Positions 12,306-24,400 of a DNA stretch of 64,000 nt are shown here, one piece after another (positions within the stretch are counted from its first letter, which is position 1; every line of letters begins with the position of its first letter). The stretch comes from Amoebophrya sp. A120 (Eukaryota > Protista > Dinoflagellata). Location of the stretch: the NCBI GenBank assembly GCA_905178155.1, contig CAJINV010000002.1:3176515-3240514 (forward strand), read 5' to 3'. A model generated the notes under the pieces. The model saw only the letters and a program-made list of their open reading frames with translations. It had not been told where the DNA came from and did not search any database. Position numbers and translations under genes: made by a program.

Positions 12306-14387
12306 ATGACCCCCTCCACCTCCTCTGCCCTGGCGGTCCTAGCAGCACTCATCGCCCCTCTCCTGATCACAACGGGACTGATTGTCTGGGACATGAAATG
12401 GAAGGGCCACGCGGTCGCACTGAATCTCTACAAATGCGCGGTCGCTTGCGTGTTTTTCTTTCTCACAGCCACGTTTCTCGGCTTTGCTCGCCTGTCTGCA
12501 TGGTCCTCTTCTTCCACGGGAGGTGAGGGCAAGAACACCAACACATCTTCCTTGGCAGAACTTCTGGACCAGGAGGAGGAATCAACTTTCTACGGCTCGG
12601 CAGACTACACACTTACCCAGGTCTTCGTATTGATTGTCAGCGGGACTATCGGGATCACGATCGGCGACGTGTTTTGGCTCTCCGCCGTGCAACTGATTGG
12701 GGCGAAAAAAGTGGTTCTGGTCGACAGTTTGAAGCCGTTTCTGGCGATTTACTTCGGGTCTGTGTGGCTAAACGAGGACATCGAGTCGATTGCGAAGTTT
12801 CTCATCGGGCTGTGCTGCACCAGCGTGGGCATCATTGTGATCACGAAAGATACGGAGGATGGAGACAACACTAAGGAAGACCACAGATCATGTTCCGCAC
12901 CTGCAGTGCGGGAGCAGGAAAAGGACGAGGATGAGATCGAGAAACCTGTCGATCATGGGGCTGCACCAGCCGCTCCCGATGAAACCACACCCGCGCCCAC
13001 CGCGGAGCAGGCTTTTGATCCTCGTGCACGACGAGAACAACACCTCGTCCTGGCAGATAATGAAGATTGCGATGCGAGTGCGGTCCTTAATATCACCGCT
13101 CTTGATGCAAGAACGACCGAAGAAGCAACGAAAACCGACCTACTTGAAGCTGAGCAGCTACAAGAACGACCGAGATTTACCACCAGCACAGCTCCTTCCA
13201 GCGATCATGGCGGTGGTGCTCTAGTAGATGAGGAATCAGAAATATTGCGTCAGATGATTGAAGATTCAGATGCACGAAACCCTTCGCAGCTGAAGATCGT
13301 ACTATCGACGTCGACCTGCGCGCAACAAACTTTAACATGCAGTAGCGCAACCGATACCGAGCCTGCTGGAGCTCCTGGTGCTGCATTGCCTCCATCTAGT
13401 ACTTCCACCTGTCCGTGTTGCGACGGCGCAGTTCTCAGTCCCTCAGATGTCAAAATAACTTCCACGACTGGGGGTGCTGCAACGGCGGCTAGCGGCTATG
13501 AAAATGAGCCCGATGCTGATGCTTTTGTTGTAGTAGCGGAAAGGAAAAATACTCACTGTCGACTGCCCAAGCGGACGAGCAGGTGTAACAAGCACAAGCA
13601 CGAAGATTCCATGGAGGAAAGGGAAAGCAACCTGCAAAAAGTAAACCGCTTAGTGAAAAATGACCGGCAGGTCCAAGGCTTCATTGCAGCCGCGTTGAAC
13701 GTGATTTTTGACGTGGGCGCGGCAGTGATGGCGAAGAAATACTGCCGGCACTGGTCCGCCTTGGACGTGAATTGGATCAGGTTCGGGACGACGGCGGTGT
13801 CGATTGGAGTTTGCACAGTTGTCGCAAGGAAGCTGGTTGCTGTGTACGATGTGAAAAGGCGGGAGCACGACCCCACGGGACGAGGTGACGGAGATGGAGA
13901 ATCAGCACCACAAGCTGCTCCACTTGATGAAAATCCGCCGACCGTTTGCGTTTCCGGAACGACAGCTCCAAAAGCCTACCAATGGTATGAAATGCCCCAG
14001 GAGATCTCGCTAGCGCATTTGCGATGTAGAAGTAAGTGCGGAAGCAGAAAACGGGCAAACAAGGACGAACAAGACAAAGACTCAATCGCCGCGCTGGAAA
14101 CACCTCCCCGAGAAAACCTCGATTTTCTTGAGCAACGAAGACAAAAATCCGCTTGTCTGTGGATCACGGCCGCGGTTTTTTTCGTCACTTTTCTCGGGCC
14201 AACACTGGCGACCATAGCGCTGTTCGAACTCCCAGTTGCGCTAGTGATCGCGTTGACCAGTATTGGACCGCTGTATGCGCTTCCCATGCTGTATTTGCTG
14301 AATTACCCCGAGAAAAAACCAACGATGATTGGAGTAACTGGTGCCGTTTTGACTGTTACTGGAGTGGCGATTTTGACTTTGATCTAG
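12306..14387 (+). CDS. EamA/DMT-family membrane transporter with long hydrophilic loops
   Basis: Two sets of hydrophobic helices (ALNLYK; SGTIGITIGDVFWLSAVQLIGA; VNWIRFG; IALTSIGPLYALP; GVTGAVLTVTGVAIL). Intronless 693-aa ORF. Confidence 0.8.
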   Translation: MTPSTSSALAVLAALIAPLLITTGLIVWDMKWKGHAVALNLYKCAVACVFFFLTATFLGFARLSAWSSSSTGGEGKNTNTSSLAELLDQEEESTFYGSADYTLTQVFVLIVSGTIGITIGDVFWLSAVQLIGAKKVVLVDSLKPFLAIYFGSVWLNEDIESIAKFLIGLCCTSVGIIVITKDTEDGDNTKEDHRSCSAPAVREQEKDEDEIEKPVDHGAAPAAPDETTPAPTAEQAFDPRARREQHLVLADNEDCDASAVLNITALDARTTEEATKTDLLEAEQLQERPRFTTSTAPSSDHGGGALVDEESEILRQMIEDSDARNPSQLKIVLSTSTCAQQTLTCSSATDTEPAGAPGAALPPSSTSTCPCCDGAVLSPSDVKITSTTGGAATAASGYENEPDADAFVVVAERKNTHCRLPKRTSRCNKHKHEDSMEERESNLQKVNRLVKNDRQVQGFIAAALNVIFDVGAAVMAKKYCRHWSALDVNWIRFGTTAVSIGVCTVVARKLVAVYDVKRREHDPTGRGDGDGESAPQAAPLDENPPTVCVSGTTAPKAYQWYEMPQEISLAHLRCRSKCGSRKRANKDEQDKDSIAALETPPRENLDFLEQRRQKSACLWITAAVFFVTFLGPTLATIALFELPVALVIALTSIGPLYALPMLYLLNYPEKKPTMIGVTGAVLTVTGVAILTLI

Positions 14388-15457
14388 CAGTAAAAGTCTC
14401 GCTGATGCTGTGCAGAATTGCTCCTGGTGGACGACTCGTCCACCAGGATTCGAAATACCAGGTCGTTGTTCAAAAACGAAAAGTCGAAAAGGCTTGCTCG
14501 GTGTAGTTCAGAATCGTACTTCTTGTGGTATGCAACGTTGATGTGATGTGATGATGATTTTTCCTCGCTCGTTGATGTGATGTGTTTCCAGCAACACACT
14601 GTTCTTGTGTCACAGCAGACACGTATGGTGTTAGTGTTTTTTTGGTATAAGTACTTTTTTCGGTGTCCTCTCCATAGCAAGCGGTGTGACAACGCAAGAT
14701 GAGGACTACGAGAATTAAGTACACAAAACCGTGCGCCATCCTGAGATAACAAAATGCCCAGGATTAAGCACGGTCTTTCTCCTTTTTGATCCGACACAGC
14801 GCTTCTATGCGGGTTGCTTTTAGAAGTAGATCGCAACTGTTTAATAGTAGCAAAAACAAGAAGCCGTTGACGTCGATGAAGAGTAGATTGTAAGACGGCG
14901 TCGCTTCATTTGAAATTTCAATTTCCTCACGAGAACAACCACCGTGCTAGCGATAAAGATATTACAGTAGCGCTTTTTAATGTATTATTCAGAAGCTCCC
15001 GGCCGCGGTAGATCAGATCGTCTCTTGTTGTATCAGATACAGATCTTCACCTTCAGTGCGGAAGTCCTGTTCCTCGAAGCGATCCTGAAGACGCCGAAAC
15101 CAAAGATGCGGCTCGAAAGAACCCCGTTCCCGAGCCCTGACATAATTTCTCCTAGAAGCAAAGCCAAGGATTTTTGAGACACACGCGCAACTGTTAGTAC
15201 GTGCACTTGTCTACTACCTTATCAGGAACAAGCAGCGCCGTTAGCGTTAAGTACATGACCACCGGCATATAGTACCACACCTACTTCCGTACTTAGCGAG
15301 CGAGCCGTAGTTTTTACCATTATTCGCCATGCGGATCTTTGTCGTTTTATTTTTGACGCCGTGCTTGTGCTAGCGCTAGAAATACTTATTTTCGTCCAAT
15401 AACTACCGCTCTCACCAGCAGCTCCAGTAGTTGCTGGAGTGATCTATTTTCGATTCA

Positions 15458-18400
15458 ATGCCAGGCTTGACAGAACTCCCTTTTCTGTCTAGTCCTCCTC
15501 CGCTACAGGAAGGATCGTTAGAAGATGATTATCAGGATAATACCGTAGAAATCATAGACTACCGAAGTGGCCAACACGGCAACTTTTTGGGCGGTGGTCA
15601 ACAATATCTTCAGGACATAGCACGTAGAACATACGGTAGTTGTGGCACTTCTCCACTTAATCACAATGTGAACCAAAGAACAAACACGGGTTTATTACAC
15701 ACCACTCTAAACCCGGAGAATTCATTTCCCTTCGAGCTCCACGCCAACGACCCTAGAGGACAGCTGCTCGCGTTTTTTTCGGGCGAAGAAGGCCAGACTC
15801 CGGACCAAATTTACCCAGACGGAACACCAGCAACCATGGCGGACTCCAGGGGGTATTGCAGCAAGGAGGCAAATATGCTGATCTTGAATACCATTAACCT
15901 GCATATGCCGTCTTCGCCGAATAACGAAAGGAGAAAGGCGGACAGCTGGATGCGCTTGTGGGTGGGGTCAAACACGGTGACCATGACGAGCATTATGGGT
16001 TTGGAAAAACTAGCGGAGTTTTACCAAACGAAGGACCCAATCCCGTTGACCGTGAACCCCGGGGGGCAAAATCCGAAGATGACAAAAAGCACGACAGGAT
16101 GCTGTGGACTGAGCCCGAATATGGTTGCGGTACTATAGAAGCAGCTCCAGAAGATGTTTTATTCTCGTACTATGCATGACAAGTTCTTCTTCTTCATCTT
16201 CTTCTTACTAGAAACAGGTTTATGAAAGTGTTTACCTGTATTCTATCATCCTCCACCAGCTCCAAAACCAAAATAATTCTATACAGTGGATAAATTTTAC
16301 CATGCATGAACCGCCTTTCACAAAATCACATCTCAGTTTCTTTCCTCCCCCGCCTGTTCGGGCTGCATCGCGACCGCCCTCCGTATATGAATTGCAAATA
16401 TGTGTGGGTCTGGACGAAGGTGGTAACTTGTCATGGTAAATCTGAAGCATACAAGAATCTGTGTTGCATGAGTGCCAAAAGCTGTCCACTTTCGACCAAG
16501 TTGGGAGGGAGGTTCTCATGCAGGATAGGCATGGCAGAGACCTCGCAGAGTCTGTCATGCTAAGTCCTGCATTCCGGACCTCATGGGTCATGGAAAATCT
16601 GCACTGCAAGTTTACACTCTTCCAGACCCAGACACTTTTGCACAGGATACCGTAACCGCGCGAAAACCGACCACAGAATACACCACTACCTGCCCTACAT
16701 GCTGGCGGTCATTCCCCATTTCGAATCTATGGATGTGTCAGGATCGAAATCAAGAAAATCGAAATAATTTGTGATGCATAAAATGGATACCACTTGAGGC
16801 CGCAGTTTCCAAGTGGCGCATGACAATTTCGGGAGCACCAAGATCCAGTCTGTCATGCTGTTTGGGCAAAGAAGACTGCTCCTCTCATGCTACTCTGGCA
16901 GCGCACTCCATACCCCAAAACAGGCTTGCAATCGGCCTCATTTGCCTGCTCCCCAACACAGGCCTTACGTGCCCTACATTTTACGCATTACAAATTTTTC
17001 GATTTTGGCGATTTCGGTCCTGACACTCTCATAGAATCCCACCGTGCGGTAATGAAGTGCGTCGCCTCGGCAATCTGCATGGCCTTTCTCGCGGGCTCTA
17101 GCTATGTGCCGGCGTCGAGAGCAAAGACCGACAAGACGACTGCCGACACAACCGAGAACAACAACAACGGGGTGCCTCTTGATGAGCTCTTTATCGAATT
17201 GGAACAGAAGGGCACCTGGTCAGCTTTGTATGTCTTAGGTGCGTTGCCGTACGAAGTTTCCGTGTGGACCCGATCTGCGGTGAATAAAGCGGCGATGCTG
17301 AAGCGATTGAGGAACGACCAGAATAACGCTAGCAATAATAACAACAACATCCCCTACGCCGTCAGGATGCTGAATGTTTTGGAAAAAATTACCGTTGGCA
17401 GGATTTTCGAGCCGGCGAATTCCGGACAAATGCTGACAAAAGAGCAGGAAAAGGACATGAAATATGGAGTTCTCAAACGTTACAGTCTCAACTGTTACAA
17501 CATGAATTTGTCATGCAAAAATACCATCATCATCCACGCGACCAAGCTGCTTCGCATGACAAATTTGCCTAGGGCTAAACAGCGCCGAAACGACCTGTGC
17601 GGAATTTGTAATGCTACAGGCGCAAGAGCCTTCCCCTTTCGCTTTTCCCATTCTTGCATCACAAATCCATGTAACAGCTGAGAGTGTAACAGTTGAGAAC
17701 GCCATATGAAGCTGCTCGCGGATTTGTTGCTCGAATGCGCCGCGAACTGGGTCCCGATGCTGCAGCCGGATAACTTGCTGCTCCAGATCCAGATGGACAA
17801 TTTGCTCCGGCTCTGCGCGCAGGTGGGGCGCAACCTGCCGCCGGACCAGCAGGGGGATTCTTCTATGGCGGCGGTAGCTCATTTATTTGGAAATTTTTTT
17901 TTTTTTTCTATATAGCGCTTAAATAGCTAGCAAGATATGCATTTATTGGCCCCATTACTGTAGCTAAAGGCGGAGTGCCCGTCTGCGAAAGGAAAACGAA
18001 GGCCGATACTGCGGCAACCGATGGCGTGGTAGACCATGGAGCTGGGGCACGGATTCGTCTACAAATCCGTTCAGCAGGAGGTCGTGCTTGCCGGATCGTG
18101 GGTGCTCCGCTGTTCCGGAATCTGGCTGAAGACTTCGAATTGGATACGTTAACTAGCTACAGTAATGGGGCATTTGGCATGCAAAAGAGAATGCGTAGCT
18201 AAGTGGTATAGCTAAAAAAAAAAATATTTTACAAATAAATGAGCTACCGCCGCCATATCTTCGCCCGCCAAATTCATCGAGGCTTTGGTCACGAAGACGC
18301 TGAAATTGAACATGAACGAGGCCCCGACGCAACAGTTCGTGGAAAAGCTATTGTGAGGAAAAATCACCCCTCCCCCTATTGAACACGCATCCGTCGGAGA

Positions 18401-21400
18401 ATTTGTGATGCAGATTTGTGACCACAAATCCTGTCTGTCTTGCAAGAAGGCAAAGTCAGAGAGCCCGCCACATTATGCAGGCGGTTTGTGATGCTGCTCG
18501 CCTTACAGCATAGACATTTGTCATGCTAGGCGCCTAAGTCAAAACCTCTCGGCTCAGCCTTGGCATGTTCCTGCAGTCCTCTACTGCAAGACAAATCCGA
18601 TTTGTGTCTGGAAATCCAGCATTAGAAACTTCGTTTCGATATGGGGAGGGGGTCTCTTTCCATTTGATAGAAGCTGTTGCAGCTTCTCGCTGCGGCCACG
18701 CCGGAGGAGCAGGAAGAACACGATAACGACCCGAGTGACACCAGTTCTATGCACACGAAAAAATCATCCTCCGTCGGCAACAACTTCCAGCGGTGCAGGT
18801 TACTCCTCACCGCCCTGTATCAACTGCAAAAGTATCGCACTCGTATAAATGCATGACAAATTATTTCCTCAGCATGAGAAATAAAATTTGTAATGCGGAT
18901 TTCCCTTGAGAGAAAAAGATTTGTAATGCATGACTGCAATGCGAGTGCGATACTTTTGCACAGGATGCCCTGGAGGCCTACCGCATGAATCCGAACATTA
19001 CGGCGACCATTCTCAATGATATGCAAGAAAAAAACTGTGTGAGTGTAAGTCTGTGATGCAGGAAATGCAAAACTGTTACACTTGTCATGCTGGATCTGCC
19101 TTACAGCCTACTTTCATACGTGTTTCCACGTGCTAGCGGCGAATGACAGATTAATGCAAAACGAATTTGTGATGCTGCTCTTCCTAAAAAGTTGCACTTG
19201 CACAGTTTTCTTCCTGGATAAACGAGATTATCCCATTGCTGAACAAAAGTAAATCCCACGGCGGCATGCACCTCTGCGACCTATCCTGTGCAAAAGTATC
19301 GTACTCGTACTAATTGCAAATATGCATGACAAATCTTCTTCCTAAGGTAAAACAGCATTACAAATTCGACTTCTCTCCTTGCCAAAATTTGCAATGCAAT
19401 TTATACGAGTACGATACTTTTGCAGTTCATACGACCTCGCCTTGCCCTATTTTGCGGGGCTGAAAAAAGCCTGCGCGGGGCAGCTGCCGCGGTTACCGGA
19501 GATTTTGGAAATCTGCCGGAAGTACTGCAAAATCCCTTTCAAGGGCTACATCGCGTATTACCAAAACGCCGGGCCTCTATTCCCTCTCGAACAGGAAAGG
19601 CGAAGTGCGGAGCAGTTGGAAGAGATGTTTCTCCCGGACGACACTTTATTTGACGAGTTTCTCGGCTACCGAGAAACCTTTGCGGACGCGGTCCGCGAGA
19701 TCGTAACCACCAGCGAGGAAACGTTGGCGGTCGTTCGCGGCTCTTTGGAAAAAGTTTCCGCGATTTTCCAAAAAGCGTCGCAGCTGCAGGTACAAGCCGA
19801 GACCGCGAAACTGCCCTTAGTGAACCTTCCGCACCCGAGCGGGGCGGGGGCCGCGGTTGAGCAGTTGGATGATTTGCTGCTCGAGCTGGAGGAGCATTTC
19901 TTCTTTTTGAGCTGTTTAGCCCGGAACATCCAGGGGCTGCACATGCCGGAAGTGTCGACGACTTTGGTGAACCTGTTCAAGCTGTTGCTATTATGTATTG
20001 CAAAAGTATCGTGCTAGTACAAATTGCATCACAAATTTTGGCAAGAAGGAAAGTGGAATTTGTGATGCTGTTTTGCCTTTGTAAAAACATTTGTCATGCA
20101 TATTATGCAATTAGTACGAGTAGGATACTTTTGCACAGGATAGCTATCGAGCAACAACAACGCGAATTTAATCAAGGGTTTCTTATACCGATCGCGCGTT
20201 CTGTGCTCAACGTTTCTGCGGTTCTGCTCGGGGTACGTGATTATGAATCGCAAAAGTATCGTACTAGTAGAAATTGCAATACAAAGTTCCTTAGCATGAG
20301 AAATGGAATTTGTAATGCGGATTTACGTTGGCAAAATGATTTGTAATGCACGACTGCAATTCATTTTACGAGTGCGATGCTTTTGCACAGGATAGTGACG
20401 GGTCTTCTCGCCGAAGAGGACGACACGGAGGTTTTTCACCAGCTGTATCTCCTCTGTATCTTCAGTTTAACTGCCCATCCGATGGAAATCCAGTGGAAGT
20501 TGATGTCGACAAGTGCTACCGCTTCCTCCAGCGGGAAATCAACGAACAAATCCACCGCGAGTACGGGCTCGGGCCTGATCGCAAAGTCAAGCTCTTCCTC
20601 CTCTTCCGACAGAACCGGAAACCACAGAGACGGCAGCAGCAGAACTCAAGATATGAATTCTGCGGATAAGAATTCCATCGAGGACAACCTACCCGATTTA
20701 GTCGCCTCGGAATTACAAAGCAAGCAGCTTTTCCCACCGACGGCGAGCAGCACGGGGGGGAATAGCGTTCCTTTATCCCCCGCAGAAGTCTTCTTCACGT
20801 TGATCATCCAACGAAATTGGTCCTTCAAATCCAGGCAAGACCATTTAGGCGCTGTGTGCCTGTTGAAATGCGCACAGTGCGTCGAGATTGGGCCCAAACA
20901 CATGGTTCCTGCTGCTCTCGGTGGAGGTGGAGCATCTACTTCATCAAGCCCCCAAGAACATCAACTACAGCAGCCGCAATTGTCCACCTCGCAGTCGGGA
21001 ACAATAATTCCAGAGATCTTAATCCAGTGGGCCATCGAGTTCTGTGAGCGAACGATTTTCATTCTGACCACGCACGCGAGCACGAAAACGTTCGAGAAGC
21101 AGTTCCCGAACGCAACAGCAGTAGAGTCTTCCCAACAGCAAGAGAAGCAGAATCAGGCGAACACAGCGAAGGTGATCTACGACAGCCGAACAGCGGAGGT
21201 TCTGGCGCAGATTTTGGCGATTCTGTCCAGCTACAACACCAGTATTGCGGAGAAAGTTCTCGGGAAACACTTCGTCACCGCGGTCGGGGTTTTGGCTGGG
21301 GAGATTGAGAAGTTTATTGTACTAAACGGGAAAATTTTTATGCAGCCGAACAACCAGCAATATAGAGCCTCCAACGCAATAAACAACGGAGACCGATCGG

Positions 21401-24400
21401 CCGCGGGAGCTGCAGGGGCGAATTCGACAAGAACGTCGAGAACGAGGTCGACTTCGGATGTGAAAGCGAGCAGCAAAACGACTGTGAGACATGCCCAGCA
21501 AAACAAAAACCCGCACCAGAGCTCTGTAGAAAAGATCTTGAAACACTTGACTTGTTTGATCCGCCACTCGTTGCTGGCAGATAAGAAAACGTTCGGGGCG
21601 GCATCCTCTTCGAAAAGCAGCACCCCGACGAACGCTGGAGTCTCGCCGATCGCGGTTAATATTGGTGGTGGCTCTAGCAGTATCGCAAGAAAAGACTGTT
21701 TCACTGTAAACTTGTGATGCATAAAACGGAACGCAAATGCGTTTGTCTTGCGACACATGCACGCCATTGGATTTTTAGCTGTGTTTTCCCGTAGGAATCA
21801 CGCGTGCCAAGTTTTCTTTGTCATGTGTAACAAACTTGTGATGCAAATCTTGCAAAATCATCACAGTGAAACAGTTTCTTCGTAGGATAAGCAGTAGCAC
21901 CAGCTCTCTGTCCTTCTTCCCGCCGGCCAGGACGATTTCGGACTCAGGGAATCATAGCAACTCGTCTGGTAGCGCCGGAGGAAGTAGTAATTCGCAGAGC
22001 AGCAAAACTCTTGTCCAAAAATACCTCCTGCCGAATCAGATGCCGGAGAACGCTGGCGCCCGATTGTTGCAGAACTCGAAACTCTGTCTCCAGGCTTTCA
22101 ATGTGAAGTCAAACAACCAGCAAGGGCCGAGCTTGGCGGACATTCTGACAAATAACTACAACATTGAGCACTCCTTGCACCCGTTTATGGAGAAACTCAC
22201 CCACGACGTTGGTACCACTGACAGCGCAGCAATATTAAATCAAGCCGGAACTACATCAGGCAACGGGCTAAGAAACAACAGCGGTAGCAGCTTGTCTAGA
22301 AACAGCCGGCAGCAGAACAGTAGTAGTATTCTAGACCGGGAGGAGATGGAGGCGATTCTGCTGGAAAACGAACTCTACGGGATGGACAATTTCCCGCCGG
22401 GATCTGGAAGAGTTCTTTTGGAAGAGATGATGGGCAATGCGGCGATGCACATGAATAATGGAGCGATGAATAGCGATGGCTTATTGTTGAACAGCAGCGG
22501 CCCCGAAGCAGCAGGTTCTTTCTCCCTACAGATAAGAATTTCCGACATCACCGCGTTGTACCAATTTTCCGACTCTTTCATCGACTTTGTGACGACGGTG
22601 GCAAAATGCCCTCTGCTATTCCCCTTTGTCTGCGAATTCCTGCAGGCTTTACTCAGACAGGCGGATAACCAGGTAGGGGTAGGAGCTCTAGCTGGTGCGG
22701 GGAACAATATTAGTGGACAGCCTGCGGTCGCAGGAACTTCATGTTCATCCACGACTTCCGCAATGAGTTCGACTGCCCAGCAAATAAATAACCCGACGTT
22801 CGTTTTCAAAGCCGTTCTGCAAACCCGGTTAGCGACGACATTACTGCACATGTGCTTGCTACAGTGTCAGCTGAATCCAGAGTATGTTACCGAAGCGCAG
22901 AAGTTGGTTGCAGCAGGAGCGTCAACCAATCTACCCCAAAGTGTCGAGTTGATTGAGCAGCAATTTGTGCAGATGTTCATCCTCTCCAGTAGTGGTGCTG
23001 GCGGACAGCAACAGAACAACGTAAATGTGATATCACAGCAAACCCAAAGCAACCAGATCAGCGCGATTGTCGAGAAGGATTTGCAGACGAAGGTACTCCA
23101 ACTGCTTCTCAACACGTGCCCAGTTTTCACGGACGAATTGTCCTTCAACGAAAAGCAACGGCAGCAGATCCTACTCGCGGGGAAGAACTTACCACGCAGG
23201 TACAACTCGGCCGCGTACTCAGTCCACAATTTGCAGCAAGCGGAACAGGATTTGTTCCTGGGAATGGTCGCGGGAGAGGAGATCGACGAGTTGACCGGGG
23301 TGGGCCATTTTTTCAACGACGACCCAAGAGGGGGCCTACACCATCAACACGGGAACAATAACCTGAATCCGCATAACAATGAACACTACCGGCGGCAGCT
23401 CCAGGCAATGCGGCGCAACCGCCGGTACGCGGCATTGGATGACGCGGAGGCGCGGGTGATTCTCGGGAGACGCATGATGCAGCGGGAGCAGCGACGGAAC
23501 CACCTCGGTGGGGGACCGCAGCTCCGGGGCCTGAACCTCAGGAACAACGCGAGTGTGAACCAGCGCGCGGGCCGGGAACACGCCGGAAATTTTATCCTGA
23601 GCAAAAACGGCCCCACCCCAGAGTTGTCATGCAGATTTGCAATCACAGGAAAACTTGTAATGCGCATCCCCATGAGTATGAGAGGCATTCGCAATCGTTT
23701 ATCATCTGGATTTTATGATGCTGTAAACGGGATACCAGGGCGGCTTTGTGATGCGACTGCACTTGCTAGCTCGCAGTAGAGCACAGAGAAAAACTTGTCA
23801 TGCGTGACTCCAAAAACTTCTGGATCTGTGTTGCAGAGTTCCATCTTGACTCTGCGGTCGTGGGGACGTTTTTACACAGGATAAATGTGACGGCCATCGC
23901 GAACGCCGCGGTGGCGTTGAGCGGGGGAGTGTTGGAGTCGAACAAGTATTTGAATATCTTGCTGTACGACTTGCATAAGCTGTCGCAAACCTTGTGGCTG
24001 TGCGGAAACGGAAATTTGATGCGGATTGTGCAGAACAATAATTTATCCTGTGCAAAAGTATCGTACTCGTACAAATGCTAATGCAAGTCTTGCATTACAA
24101 ATCTTGTTTCCAAGGCAAACCTGCATTACAAATTTTATTTTTCACGCTTAGGGAATTTGTAATTACACGTACTCGGAACAGCTTACATCTCACAAGTAAA
24201 AGTGCATTTTTTGTGCATTGTGATGCACCAGTTGTGAGTTTTTGGTCTTCGCGAAAAAACTTCTTTCTTCCTCGCCTTGAGCGCTAGCCTAAACCCAGTT
24301 TTGTCATTCTGAGCCCATATATGTGCGGCGACTCTGAAGCCTGTAAGTAGCTCAAAGTAAAGAAATCCATCGCGTTTTTTATTTTCCTTTCTAAATTTCA

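Noticed and set aside
16130-16286. Shorter GT-AG intron ending at 16286
   Set aside because: It puts the downstream exons out of frame with the next junctions, whereas the acceptor at 16336 keeps the frame.
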